Positions 8,151-19,289 of a stretch of 64,000 bases of DNA are shown piece by piece. The notes under the pieces were generated by a model, which ran no database searches, was not told the DNA's origin, and was given only the letters and a program-made list of their open reading frames with translations. The DNA is from a virus (lineage: Duplodnaviria > Caudoviricetes). The position numbers were made by a program, and so were the translations under genes. How positions within the stretch are numbered: the first letter of the stretch is position 1; each line of letters begins with the position of its first letter. Location of the stretch: IMG/VR virus record IMGVR_UViG_3300020727_000019, positions 761 through 64,760 of that record; one strand, 5' to 3'.

Positions 8151-10082
8151 ATGTCTATAGTACAAAAATTACTTTATAAACCTGAAGCTTTTTCAATCCA
8201 AGAATTGCAAAAAGGTGTGCAAGATGGGTCTGTACCTGCGTATATTGGCATACCGCTAATTAAAGATAAATTGCAGCAGCAGAAACAAATGCAGGCAACG
8301 CAGACTGCTGGCGCTAATCCTAACCCTCCTACAGTTGCGCAAGGCATTTTGGCTGAAGCGGCTCAACCTGCGGGCATACCTGCACTACCAAGTAACTTAC
8401 CTGTTGCGACTGGCGCAGGTGGTGGCATTATTGCGTTTGCTGATGGTGGTGAGGCTGATGACGATGAAGAAGACGATGATAGTTCTGATTCTGGAATGAA
8501 CAAGGAAGAGCGTATGCTTTTCCAAAAACTTAGCGCACCCGCTCAAGAACAAGAAGCTCCTCAAATGGAAGCTGAAGAAGAACCCGAAGCTGAAGACGAA
8601 GAAGGTATAGAAAGTCTAGCGGGTATGGCAGGTGTTGCTGCAAAAAATGCACACCATGCGCTTAAAGAAGATATTAACAAGACACCTCCAGAGCAGCATG
8701 ATGCTTTGTTGCACCATGTGCTTTATAAAGAGAGTCGCGGGCAGCGTTACGACAAGAACGGCAATCTATTGACTTCAGAAAAAGGAGCAATGGGGGAAAT
8801 GCAAGTCATGCCAGGTACAGTAAAAAGTCCTGGGTTTGGCATAGAACCCGCACGCAGTAATTCTCCCGAAGAGTTTGCACGTGTTGGGCGTGAGTATTTG
8901 GGTGCATTGCATAACCGTTATGGTAACAATGAGTTGGCAGCAATTGCTTACAACTGGGGGCCTGGCAACACAGATAAGTGGTTAGCCTCTGGCGCAGACA
9001 TGTCCAAGCTACCCAAAGAAACCAAAGACTATATTAAAGGCATACCCGCAGGTAAAGCTGGTGGTGAAGTGCATTTTGATAAAGGCGGATTCCTTGACCG
9101 ACTAAGTAACTTTTTTATTCCTCCTTATCCTGCACCCCCCGCAGATAATGGTGGCTACCCAGCTAACGTAGACATATCTAAACCCTATATTGGCAATCCA
9201 CATATTGCGGCTCAAGGAGCAAAAGCTGGAGCAGTTCCCGCTAAACCAGTTGCACCTGTAATATCGCCAGCACAAACTAATAGAAATGCAGTATTTGCAC
9301 AAACACAAGATACTGAGGATCAAGAAGCTGGAATGCCACAGCAACAAAATACTCCAAATTATGATGCAACAACTGAAGCAGAAGATCAAGGGTTTGGGCC
9401 AATTCAAAATAACCCACCTGGCGCTAACATGGAAGTTAGTCCTGATGATGACTACGTTAAACAGTATGCAGACTATCTAAAGCAGCGCCAAGAAGGTGTT
9501 GAGAAAAACTACCAAAACGACAAGTACATGGCACTTCTACAAGCAGGTCTTGGTATGATGGGTGGCACATCTCCATATGCTGCGGCTAATATTGGTCAAG
9601 GTGCAAGCCAAGGCGTGTCCTATATGGCTAATGCTAATAGACAACGTAGTGCTGAAGAGAATGCTATATTGTCTGGTAAGCTTGGTCTTACCCGTGCAGA
9701 CTTGTATAAGAAAATGCATGAATCGCAATTAAAGCAACATGAGCAAGCTTTTAATGCGCAACAACAATACCGATATGATAATTTACGTGCTTTAGTTGGT
9801 GATAAAGAAGCTAGACGTATAATAGATCAACAAAAAGTTCAACAACAAAGTAGAGCCAATGATATAAAAGAAGCGCAAGCTAGGGCTAAAGCAGATGCGG
9901 CATTTGAAGGTTCACCTCAAGATATTGCGTTAAAGAAAGACTTAGAACGCCAAGGTGGAAAAAATTGGATGAACAATTTTGAGCTAAATGCAAGGTATCA
10001 ACAAGAAAGAAGAACACATGCAATTAACAATTCTTATTTGCATTACGATGACCCATCAATAAAGTCTTCTAGCGAGTATTAA
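8151..10082 (+). CDS. Ejection protein with lytic transglycosylase (SLT) domain
   Basis: SLT motifs YKESRG, SEKGAMGEMQVMPGT, AAIAYNWGPG; C-terminal ALLQAGLGMMGG ejection-type segment. Confidence 0.85.
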   Translation: MSIVQKLLYKPEAFSIQELQKGVQDGSVPAYIGIPLIKDKLQQQKQMQATQTAGANPNPPTVAQGILAEAAQPAGIPALPSNLPVATGAGGGIIAFADGGEADDDEEDDDSSDSGMNKEERMLFQKLSAPAQEQEAPQMEAEEEPEAEDEEGIESLAGMAGVAAKNAHHALKEDINKTPPEQHDALLHHVLYKESRGQRYDKNGNLLTSEKGAMGEMQVMPGTVKSPGFGIEPARSNSPEEFARVGREYLGALHNRYGNNELAAIAYNWGPGNTDKWLASGADMSKLPKETKDYIKGIPAGKAGGEVHFDKGGFLDRLSNFFIPPYPAPPADNGGYPANVDISKPYIGNPHIAAQGAKAGAVPAKPVAPVISPAQTNRNAVFAQTQDTEDQEAGMPQQQNTPNYDATTEAEDQGFGPIQNNPPGANMEVSPDDDYVKQYADYLKQRQEGVEKNYQNDKYMALLQAGLGMMGGTSPYAAANIGQGASQGVSYMANANRQRSAEENAILSGKLGLTRADLYKKMHESQLKQHEQAFNAQQQYRYDNLRALVGDKEARRIIDQQKVQQQSRANDIKEAQARAKADAAFEGSPQDIALKKDLERQGGKNWMNNFELNARYQQERRTHAINNSYLHYDDPSIKSSSEY

Positions 10083-10083
10083 C

Positions 10084-13000
10084 ATGATCCTTGATTTACC
10101 AAAACTTGGACAGGTTAGATTTGATGATAATTTAACTTCAGATCAATTAAGTTCTGAGTTAAATCGTCTAGCTAAAAAATATGATTTCGAATTACCTAAA
10201 CAGGAATTTACTACTGGCGAAGTATTAAAGCGTGGCGTTATGCGTGGCGCTAAACAGTTGGGGTCTACTCTAACTGATGTTATTCCTGCAATGGGTGCAA
10301 GTGCATTGGGCTTTAATGACTATGCCAAGCAACAAATGCAAGAAGCGCAAGATACGCAAAATGAGATAAACAAATACTACTCACCTCAGTACGGCAGTTT
10401 AAAAGATGTTAAGGGTATTAGTGACATACCTAAGTTTGTGCTTGAGAATGTCGCCGAGCAAGTGCCTAACATTGCAACATCTTTGATACCTGGGGGTATT
10501 GGGGCGGCAGTTGGTCGCCGTCTTGGTGTTGCTGCGGCTGGTCGTGCGGCTATGCCTCTTATTGAGTCAGGTGCTACTGCTTCTGAGTTAGCTCATGTGG
10601 CTGCTACTAAAGGTGCAGAGTATGCGGCACGTGGACAAAACGCAGGTATCTTTTTAGGTTCATACGCCCAGAACGCTCCTGAAGTATTCCAAAACATCTA
10701 TGACAAAACAGGCGAACTAGCTCCTGGGGCCGCTGCTTTGTTTGGTGCTGGGGCTGCCGCATTAGATTCTGTGCTACCTGCACATCTAATGAAGAACCTT
10801 ACTGGCCCTATGAAAATGGGCATAGTAGAAAAGGTATTGGAAAAGTCTGGCATGGACAAAGGATTGCTACGTTCTGTTGCATCCAACATGCTTGCGGCGG
10901 CGGGGGAAGAAGGCATTACCGAAGGTATGCAAGAAGCCATTAGCATTGCTGCTGAAAACTTTGTAGGTAAAAATCCTCAGATATTTGGTAGTCCTGAGTG
11001 GAACCGCATCATGGAGTCTAGTGTCCGTGGTGCAGTAGGTGGTGGTGCGTTTGGCGCAACTACTGGGGCAATTGAGCGTGGGCGTGCAGGTAGAGAGCGT
11101 GCCCAGCAATACGAGCAAGCTTTGCAAAAACGGGCAGGCCGTCAATTAACTGCGGAAGCAAATCGTCAAAGCGCAAACATAGACCAGTTTAACAATGAGC
11201 AACAACAGATGCAGTTGCCTGGTATGGAGATGGGGCCATACACAACTTTGTTGCCAGAAGGACAGTTTGCAAAACCACCTAAAGTTGTAGAGCCTAAAGA
11301 ACCCAAAGGCGTGCAAGGTAGTTTGTTTGACGAGCAGGGCGCACCCACCAAGCAAGCTGAAATGACTGTGGCTAAAGCTGACAAAGCTGCGGCTAATCGT
11401 GAGCGCCTAGAACAGCAACGCCAAGCTGCTGCAACCAAAGAAGCCGCCGCAAAACTTAAAGCTGCTATTGCTGAAATTGCACCAACCAAGATTGATTTGT
11501 TGTCGTTGGCTAGACAGCCATCACCTTTAGCACAAACTATTGCACAACAAAAAGCTGAGAATGAGAATCTAGCAGCCAAGCGGGGCCCCAAGCCTGTACT
11601 GCCCACACAACAACAAGTTGCACCTGCTGCTCCAACAGTTGCACCGCAACAAGCCGCCCCTACTGCGCCAGTGCAAGAACAACCTGCGCCGCCACAAGCT
11701 GCACCTGTAGAACAACAAGCTGCTGCACCTGTGGATCAAACTACCGCAGTAGCTCCAGAGCCTACCGTAGTCCAGAAGCCTACACAGCTAACACCACAAC
11801 AACTTCCCACAACCATAGACGACAATACGTTTAAGGGCCTGGGCATAGGACGTACCGCCACGTTTATTAGAAACAAGTTGATACATGGTAAGGACATCAG
11901 TAACCCGGCCGACGCCGCTGAAGTTAAGCGTGTGCTTGAAGCATATGCAGAAAAAACAACAAGTACAAAAGCACGTGAGAATGTAGAAGCATTCTTAGGT
12001 CGCCCAGAATTCCAAGGAGTTGAAGATGCTACAAGACCTGACACAACCACAACTGGAACAAGCAATGAGGTGGTTAGCGAACCCGCTGGAGGAGCCGCCG
12101 GAACAGTTGAACCAACTGAACGAGATGGAAATGTTCCTGCTGAACAGAATGCTCCAAGCGTTAATGCAGGAGAAGTCCGAAAGCCCGCTCCAATAGAAAA
12201 ACCACTTAGTAAAAAGGCGCAGAACGATAAAGCAAAAGCTGAAAAAGGTGCAGAAAAAGCAAAACAAGAACACGCAGAATTTATTGAAGAGAACGATAAA
12301 CGTGTGGATAACTTGCTGACTTCTAAAATTCATGAAGCTGCGGCAAATCAAAACATCGAAGCAAAATATGTAAAAATAAAATCGCATCGTGGTACAGATG
12401 TGCATAAGACATTGCGCTTGTCCGCTTTAATTAATGAGTATTTCACAATAAAAGACATTACTCAAAAAGCTCAAGAGCCATTGCAAAAAACTAAAAACGA
12501 ACAAACACTTAAATCACTACAGGAAGAAATTGCAAAAAATAGTCCAGATGGGGCTGCTTTATTGGCAAATCTAGAACAGCTACCAAATAATAAGCGTGCA
12601 GAATTTATGAATAACCTAAACAAATTAGGTATTCAAGAATCAGAGCAACTAGTAAAACAAAAAGTTGAAGAAGCTCGCAAACGCAAAGAAGATGCGGAAG
12701 CAGCTATGCCTAAAAAAGAAAAGCCCGTTGCTCGTAAAGGCCGTGGCGTTTCTGCAAAGGATAGGCAAAAGGAAGCAATCCAATACATTTACGACAATTG
12801 GTTGCCCGACCCAAAGAATAAAAAAACGTTTAAAGATTTGTTAAACAAAGGGCAAATACTAGGCGCTATGGATATGGCAATAGACTCATTGCCTAACAAA
12901 ATGACAAAGCTGCAACTTAAAGAAGAGTTGAAACAAATATTAGGTAAAGATATATTTTATGGCCCTGCTTATAAAGGCAAAAATTTAGATGCTACGGGTA

Positions 13001-16000
13001 TTGACCTAGTCAAAAAAGGCAATGTCAATAATATTCTTGACCATTTAATCAAGACCATTGATAACAATGAGATCAAGCAAGTATTGCGTAGATTCAAAGC
13101 ACTTGGGTTAAATCCCAAGATTGTTATTGGTGAAGTTGGTTTTGGCAAAGCTGGTTCTTATGATCCTGCTACCAACACAATTACGCTTGACCCCGAACAT
13201 GGGTTAAATGAGCATACTGCAATTCATGAGATTACACATGCTGCAATATCGCACGTACTTAATAACCGTAACCATCCGCTTACTAAACAATTCTTAAAGT
13301 TTTTTGACCAAATACAAAATCAATTAGGCGCTGCCTATGGTGCGCAGGACTTGCAGGAGTTTGCTTCTGAGTTAGTAGGTAACCCCAACTTCCAAGCAGT
13401 TCTTAAAACAATCAAAGCCCCTAAGAGCGGCAACTTGTTTGAAAGAATCATGCAGTCTATTGCTGAGTTCTTTGGATTCCGTAAAGGCCAATCTGCTTAT
13501 AATGCGGGTTTGAAATTTATTAATGATGCTATAGATGTTTCACGGGACGTGGAAGCAACGCCATCTGAAAAGATGTTTATGAGCACGGGACAAGCAGTTA
13601 ATGATGCTTTTCGCACAGTAGGCGAAATTGGCAAAAACATGCCCAACCTTACACGAGAAGCAGTTGATAAAGCTAGAAACACATTCTCAAACATTGCGGA
13701 TAAAAATAGCCCTATGTATGCAGGGCCATCCACAACTAAGTTAGCATTTGGGCTGTTGCGCCTTGATCACTTAAACACTATTTACAAGAAACAACTTCCT
13801 TCAATCCAACGATTGATAGATGCACTTGAGAAACGTAATGGTACGCAAGAGAGACGCATCAAGGAAATCAACAAAAACTACAAGCACTTCACTGATGTCT
13901 TTAAGAAACATAAAGCAGCGATGGAGCGCATGAATGACATGGCTTACGATGCTCGCTTGGCAGAAGTGGACATCCTTAATCCTAAATTCCCAACAACAAA
14001 AGAAAACTTATCAGAGTTTGCAAGACTAAGAACCATATACCATGCATTACCTACAGAAGTTCAAGACGTTTATAAGACTATACGCAAGTCATATGAAGAC
14101 TCAATCAATGAGTATGAAAAAATTCTATTAGCCAACGCTACGCCATCGCTTGCTGCTCGCATCAAAGCTGAGTTCCAAACTAAACGCCGTGTGCCTGGGT
14201 ATATACCATTCCTGCGCCGTGGTGATTTTTGGGTAGAGTATGCAGACCCTGCTACTGGTGAACGTGCTGCTTCAGCATTTGAGTCTATTCGTGAACGTGA
14301 TAAGTTCATTAAGGATGTGCTAAAAGGTGCACAGCATAAGTCCTATCAGAATCTACAAAACGCACAGTACCAACAAGGTCTAGTCCCACCAACATCTTTC
14401 TTGGGACAGATCATGCACGGACTACAACAAAACGGTGCAAGCCAAGAGCAACTCAATAATGTGTACCAATCGTACCTAGCATTGTTCCCTGCACAGTCTT
14501 TAGTTAAACAGTTCATGAAGTCTGAAAACGTACGTGGCATGGAGCGTGACATTGTGCGTGGTTACGGCGACACCATGATCAAGTGGGCAAGAAAACTTTC
14601 TGACTCTGCATATTCTCCAGAGATAGATAAAGCTATTGATGCTATTGGTGCAGAAGCTAGCAACACCAATACTCCTGATGTATACGCCGCAGCACAGAAT
14701 GTCTATGACCAACGTGGGTTTATGCACAACCCAACATATAGCGATCTAGTAAGTGGGGCAACCACACTAAGCTATATGGAATACATTGCAGGTAACGCTT
14801 CATCTGCACTGGTCAACGTGACCTCATTGCCCATGATGGTATGGCCTATATTGAGTGGCAAGTATGGGTTTGCAGGTGCTACAAGCGCCATGATGAATGC
14901 AAGCAAAATTGCTATCAACGGGCTAGACAAGAACGCACGCTATAAGAATTTGTACGAAGCTCTGATGGATCATGGTCAGCTTGAGCATACGATGGCACGT
15001 GAGGTACTGGAAGGTCGCAGACAAAGCACAAGTGAATTCACTGGGTTGAAAGCAAAGATGCTGGGTGCTTTGAGTATCCCATTTGCCGCAAGTGAAAAAT
15101 ACAATCGTGCCGTTACCGCCGTGGCTGCTTATGACTTAGCCAAACAAAAAGGCAAGAGCGAAGCACAAGCTATCCGTGAAGCTATTGATACTGTTAAAGA
15201 TGCACATACATCAGGTATGTCCGTCACTGCGCCAAAGTGGATGCAACACCCACTAGGCAGGGTAGCATTTACATTTAAATCTTTTGCTTGGAATAGTGCA
15301 TTCGTTATTGGTCGTGCGTTCCATCAAGCATTTAAAGGTGAAACTCCTGTAGTGCGTAAAGCTGCTATGCGTCAACTTATTGGTACATATGGCATGGGCA
15401 TGGCATTTGCTGGTGCTAAAGGATTACCTTTTTACGGAGCAGCTTCAACTTTAGCCAGCATTATCAACGCATTGTTCGGTGACGATGATGAACCTTTTGA
15501 CTTCAATGAAGAGATGCGTGATTTCTTTGGTGAGTTTGCGTACAAAGGCCCAGTTAACTATCTAACTAATTTAGAGATATCTAATCGTGTTGGTCTTGCA
15601 ACCGATCTAATCTATCGTGATGACCCACGTAGCGTAGCAGATCATGGCCTAACATTAACCATCATTCAACAAGCTCTTGGCCCTGCCGCATCGTATGCAG
15701 TCAACGCAGAAAACGCCGCCAAGATGATGGCTGAAGGACATACCAAACGTGCATTTGAAGCCTTGGCTCCTAGCTTTGTGCGTAATGGTATGAAAGGGTT
15801 TAGGTACATGACTGAGGGTGCGCAGACTCTCAAGGGTGACCCAATTGAATCAGACATCAATACATACAATGGCCTGATGCAGATAGCGGGCTTTGCACCT
15901 GCTGATCTATCTAATATGTACGAAATGTCTAGCGCACGTACCCAGTTCCAAAAAGAAGTGCTGGCACGCAAGACTAAGTTGCTCAATCTTTATGACTTAG

Positions 16001-16209
16001 CAAGAACGGCTGGTGATACAGATTTGATGAGTAGTACCCAAGACAAGATCACTTCATTCAATGAAGCACATCCGGGTGAGCGTATTACATCAGCTACTTT
16101 GCAGAAATCTGAGACTGCACGCAAAGCCAATGAGAAAAACATGATTGACGGAATTGTTTACAACAAGAAGTTGTTGCCCGAAATCAGAGAGAAGTTTTCT
16201 GAAGATTGA
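10084..16209 (+). CDS. Giant internal virion / polyvalent protein (2041 aa) with zincin-like HExxH and LPD38-like C-terminus
   Basis: HEITH motif (HTAIHEITHAA...QDLQEFASE); C-terminal LGRVAFTFKSF...GLPFYG...FAPADL region resembles large polyvalent protein domains. Confidence 0.75.
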   Translation: MILDLPKLGQVRFDDNLTSDQLSSELNRLAKKYDFELPKQEFTTGEVLKRGVMRGAKQLGSTLTDVIPAMGASALGFNDYAKQQMQEAQDTQNEINKYYSPQYGSLKDVKGISDIPKFVLENVAEQVPNIATSLIPGGIGAAVGRRLGVAAAGRAAMPLIESGATASELAHVAATKGAEYAARGQNAGIFLGSYAQNAPEVFQNIYDKTGELAPGAAALFGAGAAALDSVLPAHLMKNLTGPMKMGIVEKVLEKSGMDKGLLRSVASNMLAAAGEEGITEGMQEAISIAAENFVGKNPQIFGSPEWNRIMESSVRGAVGGGAFGATTGAIERGRAGRERAQQYEQALQKRAGRQLTAEANRQSANIDQFNNEQQQMQLPGMEMGPYTTLLPEGQFAKPPKVVEPKEPKGVQGSLFDEQGAPTKQAEMTVAKADKAAANRERLEQQRQAAATKEAAAKLKAAIAEIAPTKIDLLSLARQPSPLAQTIAQQKAENENLAAKRGPKPVLPTQQQVAPAAPTVAPQQAAPTAPVQEQPAPPQAAPVEQQAAAPVDQTTAVAPEPTVVQKPTQLTPQQLPTTIDDNTFKGLGIGRTATFIRNKLIHGKDISNPADAAEVKRVLEAYAEKTTSTKARENVEAFLGRPEFQGVEDATRPDTTTTGTSNEVVSEPAGGAAGTVEPTERDGNVPAEQNAPSVNAGEVRKPAPIEKPLSKKAQNDKAKAEKGAEKAKQEHAEFIEENDKRVDNLLTSKIHEAAANQNIEAKYVKIKSHRGTDVHKTLRLSALINEYFTIKDITQKAQEPLQKTKNEQTLKSLQEEIAKNSPDGAALLANLEQLPNNKRAEFMNNLNKLGIQESEQLVKQKVEEARKRKEDAEAAMPKKEKPVARKGRGVSAKDRQKEAIQYIYDNWLPDPKNKKTFKDLLNKGQILGAMDMAIDSLPNKMTKLQLKEELKQILGKDIFYGPAYKGKNLDATGIDLVKKGNVNNILDHLIKTIDNNEIKQVLRRFKALGLNPKIVIGEVGFGKAGSYDPATNTITLDPEHGLNEHTAIHEITHAAISHVLNNRNHPLTKQFLKFFDQIQNQLGAAYGAQDLQEFASELVGNPNFQAVLKTIKAPKSGNLFERIMQSIAEFFGFRKGQSAYNAGLKFINDAIDVSRDVEATPSEKMFMSTGQAVNDAFRTVGEIGKNMPNLTREAVDKARNTFSNIADKNSPMYAGPSTTKLAFGLLRLDHLNTIYKKQLPSIQRLIDALEKRNGTQERRIKEINKNYKHFTDVFKKHKAAMERMNDMAYDARLAEVDILNPKFPTTKENLSEFARLRTIYHALPTEVQDVYKTIRKSYEDSINEYEKILLANATPSLAARIKAEFQTKRRVPGYIPFLRRGDFWVEYADPATGERAASAFESIRERDKFIKDVLKGAQHKSYQNLQNAQYQQGLVPPTSFLGQIMHGLQQNGASQEQLNNVYQSYLALFPAQSLVKQFMKSENVRGMERDIVRGYGDTMIKWARKLSDSAYSPEIDKAIDAIGAEASNTNTPDVYAAAQNVYDQRGFMHNPTYSDLVSGATTLSYMEYIAGNASSALVNVTSLPMMVWPILSGKYGFAGATSAMMNASKIAINGLDKNARYKNLYEALMDHGQLEHTMAREVLEGRRQSTSEFTGLKAKMLGALSIPFAASEKYNRAVTAVAAYDLAKQKGKSEAQAIREAIDTVKDAHTSGMSVTAPKWMQHPLGRVAFTFKSFAWNSAFVIGRAFHQAFKGETPVVRKAAMRQLIGTYGMGMAFAGAKGLPFYGAASTLASIINALFGDDDEPFDFNEEMRDFFGEFAYKGPVNYLTNLEISNRVGLATDLIYRDDPRSVADHGLTLTIIQQALGPAASYAVNAENAAKMMAEGHTKRAFEALAPSFVRNGMKGFRYMTEGAQTLKGDPIESDINTYNGLMQIAGFAPADLSNMYEMSSARTQFQKEVLARKTKLLNLYDLARTAGDTDLMSSTQDKITSFNEAHPGERITSATLQKSETARKANEKNMIDGIVYNKKLLPEIREKFSED

Positions 16210-16235
16210 AAAAAAGCCCCCGACCAGCGGGGGCT
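16209..16235 (-). terminator. Rho-independent terminator at the convergence of the replication and structural operons
   Basis: AGCCCCCG-N5-CGGGGGCT stem (16215-16235) followed by a T tract on the - strand. Confidence 0.8.
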
Positions 16236-16267
16236 AAGTACTTCTAGGAAGTAGAGTGCAACTGACA

Positions 16268-16477
16268 CTAAATTGTATCTTCCTTTCTCCAAACGCGCAA
16301 GCCGTAAATATTGTTCTCTATAACTTGTTTACAGATCACGCTTAACCTATGGCGCCTGGCTTCCGCTTGTACGTACCTTTGAGTTGCCCTGCGATCTAGG
16401 CAAGGGATAAAGAAGGATGTGCCTCCTTTAAACTTGTCCCATTCAATCAGTATCGGTAGATTTAGAATCTTCAGCAT
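16268..16477 (-). CDS. Hypothetical protein
   Basis: 69 aa ORF overlapping the primase end; start uncertain. Confidence 0.55.
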   Translation of the reverse strand: MLKILNLPILIEWDKFKGGTSFFIPCLDRRATQRYVQAEARRHRLSVICKQVIENNIYGLRVWRKEDTI

Positions 16478-19289
16478 TTAGCAACACAGTCTCATTGAAG
16501 AAGTCTAGCTTAGTCGAATCAAAGCACAGTGCATTTACTGGGGCTTGCGTATTTGCAAGAGTACCTGCCGTCATGCGCTTTTTCTTCACGCCAAGTAATG
16601 ATTTGGATTTACGATACGGGGCTAAGGACTCCTCGTAGTTCATAAAATTCTTAGCGCAATCCTCCCTATATGTGCGGTTAACAATGTAAAGATTCTTGGT
16701 ATCAGGCTCATAGCGTGCAGTCAATGCACCCCTTGGCTCTTTGATCGGGCCATGCTCTAGCCCTGTGCGGTTATCCTTATTGCCGTTAATGACCAATATC
16801 TCAGAGAAGTGGCGTTGCAAGAACCCACCTAGGAAATCATCTCCGTCAAACATGTACTCACGTGTCTTGTTCCGTGTATTATTTATTAGGTCTATAGCGT
16901 AGTTAAAGACTGGTTTGATTGGTATGTCATGCAGTCCAAGGGTTTTAGCGATTGCCCCGCCTGTGATACTAAGGGATGCCATCAATGCCCAGTACCTCTC
17001 AGCGTTTTTAATATTGGCGGCTTGCTCAATACGCAACTGGACTTCTGCCAACTGTGCTTTGACCATTGGTAGTTGGGCAACCAATGCCTGTGCGTATGGT
17101 TGTATGGCATGTCCGTAGTTATCCATTAGTTTGCCAAAGTGTTGACGTGCCCATGTTGCGTCATCAAACGGATCGGGCTTAATGTTAATCTCCATTATGC
17201 GCTTCAACTCACCATCGGGAAAACCCTTAACAGATAGCAACGCATCGGCAATGACCCTGTTGGATGATGTGATCAAACCAGTTTGCCACTTGGTGTTATT
17301 CATGCGCTCTGCATTCTCATGCTGCTTGTAGCGGTTCTTGCCCCTACCTGATGTCACATCATAGGCTTGTTGCGACATTTGATCAGCGGGCATATTGGTA
17401 ATCTCATCCAATGTAACCGCAAAGTTTTGCATGACTCCCATCCTGCCCATGCGTGAGTTATACGTATCCTTGGGAGAAAGCAAGAGTTCTTTTGGTCTGC
17501 CGTAGATACTGTTGATCGCTTGCAGAATAGTGGTTTTCCCTGATCCTGATTCACGACTAAACAAGTTTAGCAAAAACCCATCAAGCGCCGTAAATTTCAT
17601 CAGCATAGTGCCAAAGCCCATAAAGAATGCAAAGGCTCTGTCCTCCATGCCTTCTTTGCCGTATACATTAATTGTATCTTTCCATACTTGGAAGTCGCCC
17701 TTGGCTTGGAAGAACGGCACATGCGGTAGCGTTGGGCTTGATGGCGGGCTATACACCACTTCTGTTGCACGTATCTCTCTATCGCCAACAATGATGCCTG
17801 ACTCGTCTTCAATCCATCCAAATTGCTTGTATGCTTTTTCTGCTTGCGAATTCATTTGTAATTCTTCCACCCATTTAGTTACATAATACATAAGCGCATC
17901 CTGCTTTTTGCCTAATGCAGTCACACCAAATGATGCAACTGTGCTGATGAATTTCTCTTTGGATAATACGCTGGCTAGCGTCATGATGAACTCACGTACA
18001 CCATCTTTTGGCAAGTGCAATCTCAGTAGCACTGTTTCACCCAATTCAGGGTCTTGCATACGCTTGACAACATAGAAGTCGTATGGGTACACAATGTCTT
18101 CTACTTCTTCACCATCTGCCGTCTTGACTCTTTGGTATATACCACCTACTTTGCCTCTAAAGAACGGATGTGGATACTTCGGTATCACAAACTCTTTTAG
18201 TTCTTTGGTCTCAGGTTCTAAGTCCATGACCTTATTGTCTTCTTCAGTAGCCTCAACAATCTCTTTGCCAATCTGAATTGGAGATGTAATCTTTAGTGTG
18301 CATCCCTCGCACCCACTTGGATTTAGTTTCTTAAACGTCTCACATGTGTAAGGCCCCTTCGTCTCGTTGGCCTTCTTCTCAGTAGTTGTTGCAGAGTAAT
18401 CAGGATGCTTGTGCGATATGATATGGATTGCTTTATCCCTATCTATACACTGGTGCGCAATACTTAGCCCCGCTCTCCACAACGGCTCATCAATGTCGTG
18501 TTGGTTATCGTAGATGCCAACAATCTGTTTACAGCCTGTGCCTTCGACAGATTTAATTAGAATAGTCTTAAACCTAGATTGGCTTGCACCCATCAACGCT
18601 AGCGTCACCGCATCCATTGGGCGTTTAAACTCAGCCCTTTCTAACACAGCCAACGCATCTTCGGATGGGGGCAGTAAGTCTTTAATGTTGCTTATGGTCG
18701 GAGCAACGTGCAGTACCTCAACCAAGATTGGATTGGTTGGGTCTTTCAAATGGTAAGTCTCAGGCACTCTAAGCACCCGTGCCGCTTCCCCTGTGACTGC
18801 GGGGTCAACATCAAACTTGTGTTCTACACATAACTCTTTCAGCCTCTCAGCATGGAGCTTCCATTGCTTCCTCGGCATTGCTTCATCAAGCACCCAGTAT
18901 ATGTGTGCGCCAAGCCCTGACTTCACAATAGTTGGGCGAGGCAGTTTTGTTTTCTTACAAAAATCTTTTAGGGCAACAAGCCCTTCACTCAAATCTGCAT
19001 AAGGCTTTCCAGGCCCGCAATCAAGATCAATGAAAAACGACTTTAGAGATATTGCGTTGTTTGTGGTACGCCCATTCTTCGGGTCACCATATTTAGCTAA
19101 AGCAAAGAAAGCATTAAAGTTATACTCAACAAAGTAGTTTGCTTTATAACTTAGTTCTTCAATACTATCTACAAACTTCTGATCAACTATATCTTTTTCA
19201 TTAACTGTTGCGATCCCGAAAGCGCAGTAATACTCATCAGCTTGTAATGGGGGGAGCACAAGCCTGAGAAACTCGTTTCTCGAAATCAT
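16443..19289 (-). CDS. Primase-helicase (RepB/AEP-like primase + Cys-containing primase C-terminal domain + DUF927-like SF3 helicase)
   Basis: SFFIDLDCG, IVKSGLGAHIYW, RVLRVPET (AEP-like); PYTCETF...C..C; Walker A ESGSGKTT; Walker B VTLDEIT. Confidence 0.85.
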   Translation of the reverse strand: MISRNEFLRLVLPPLQADEYYCAFGIATVNEKDIVDQKFVDSIEELSYKANYFVEYNFNAFFALAKYGDPKNGRTTNNAISLKSFFIDLDCGPGKPYADLSEGLVALKDFCKKTKLPRPTIVKSGLGAHIYWVLDEAMPRKQWKLHAERLKELCVEHKFDVDPAVTGEAARVLRVPETYHLKDPTNPILVEVLHVAPTISNIKDLLPPSEDALAVLERAEFKRPMDAVTLALMGASQSRFKTILIKSVEGTGCKQIVGIYDNQHDIDEPLWRAGLSIAHQCIDRDKAIHIISHKHPDYSATTTEKKANETKGPYTCETFKKLNPSGCEGCTLKITSPIQIGKEIVEATEEDNKVMDLEPETKELKEFVIPKYPHPFFRGKVGGIYQRVKTADGEEVEDIVYPYDFYVVKRMQDPELGETVLLRLHLPKDGVREFIMTLASVLSKEKFISTVASFGVTALGKKQDALMYYVTKWVEELQMNSQAEKAYKQFGWIEDESGIIVGDREIRATEVVYSPPSSPTLPHVPFFQAKGDFQVWKDTINVYGKEGMEDRAFAFFMGFGTMLMKFTALDGFLLNLFSRESGSGKTTILQAINSIYGRPKELLLSPKDTYNSRMGRMGVMQNFAVTLDEITNMPADQMSQQAYDVTSGRGKNRYKQHENAERMNNTKWQTGLITSSNRVIADALLSVKGFPDGELKRIMEINIKPDPFDDATWARQHFGKLMDNYGHAIQPYAQALVAQLPMVKAQLAEVQLRIEQAANIKNAERYWALMASLSITGGAIAKTLGLHDIPIKPVFNYAIDLINNTRNKTREYMFDGDDFLGGFLQRHFSEILVINGNKDNRTGLEHGPIKEPRGALTARYEPDTKNLYIVNRTYREDCAKNFMNYEESLAPYRKSKSLLGVKKKRMTAGTLANTQAPVNALCFDSTKLDFFNETVLLNAEDSKSTDTD

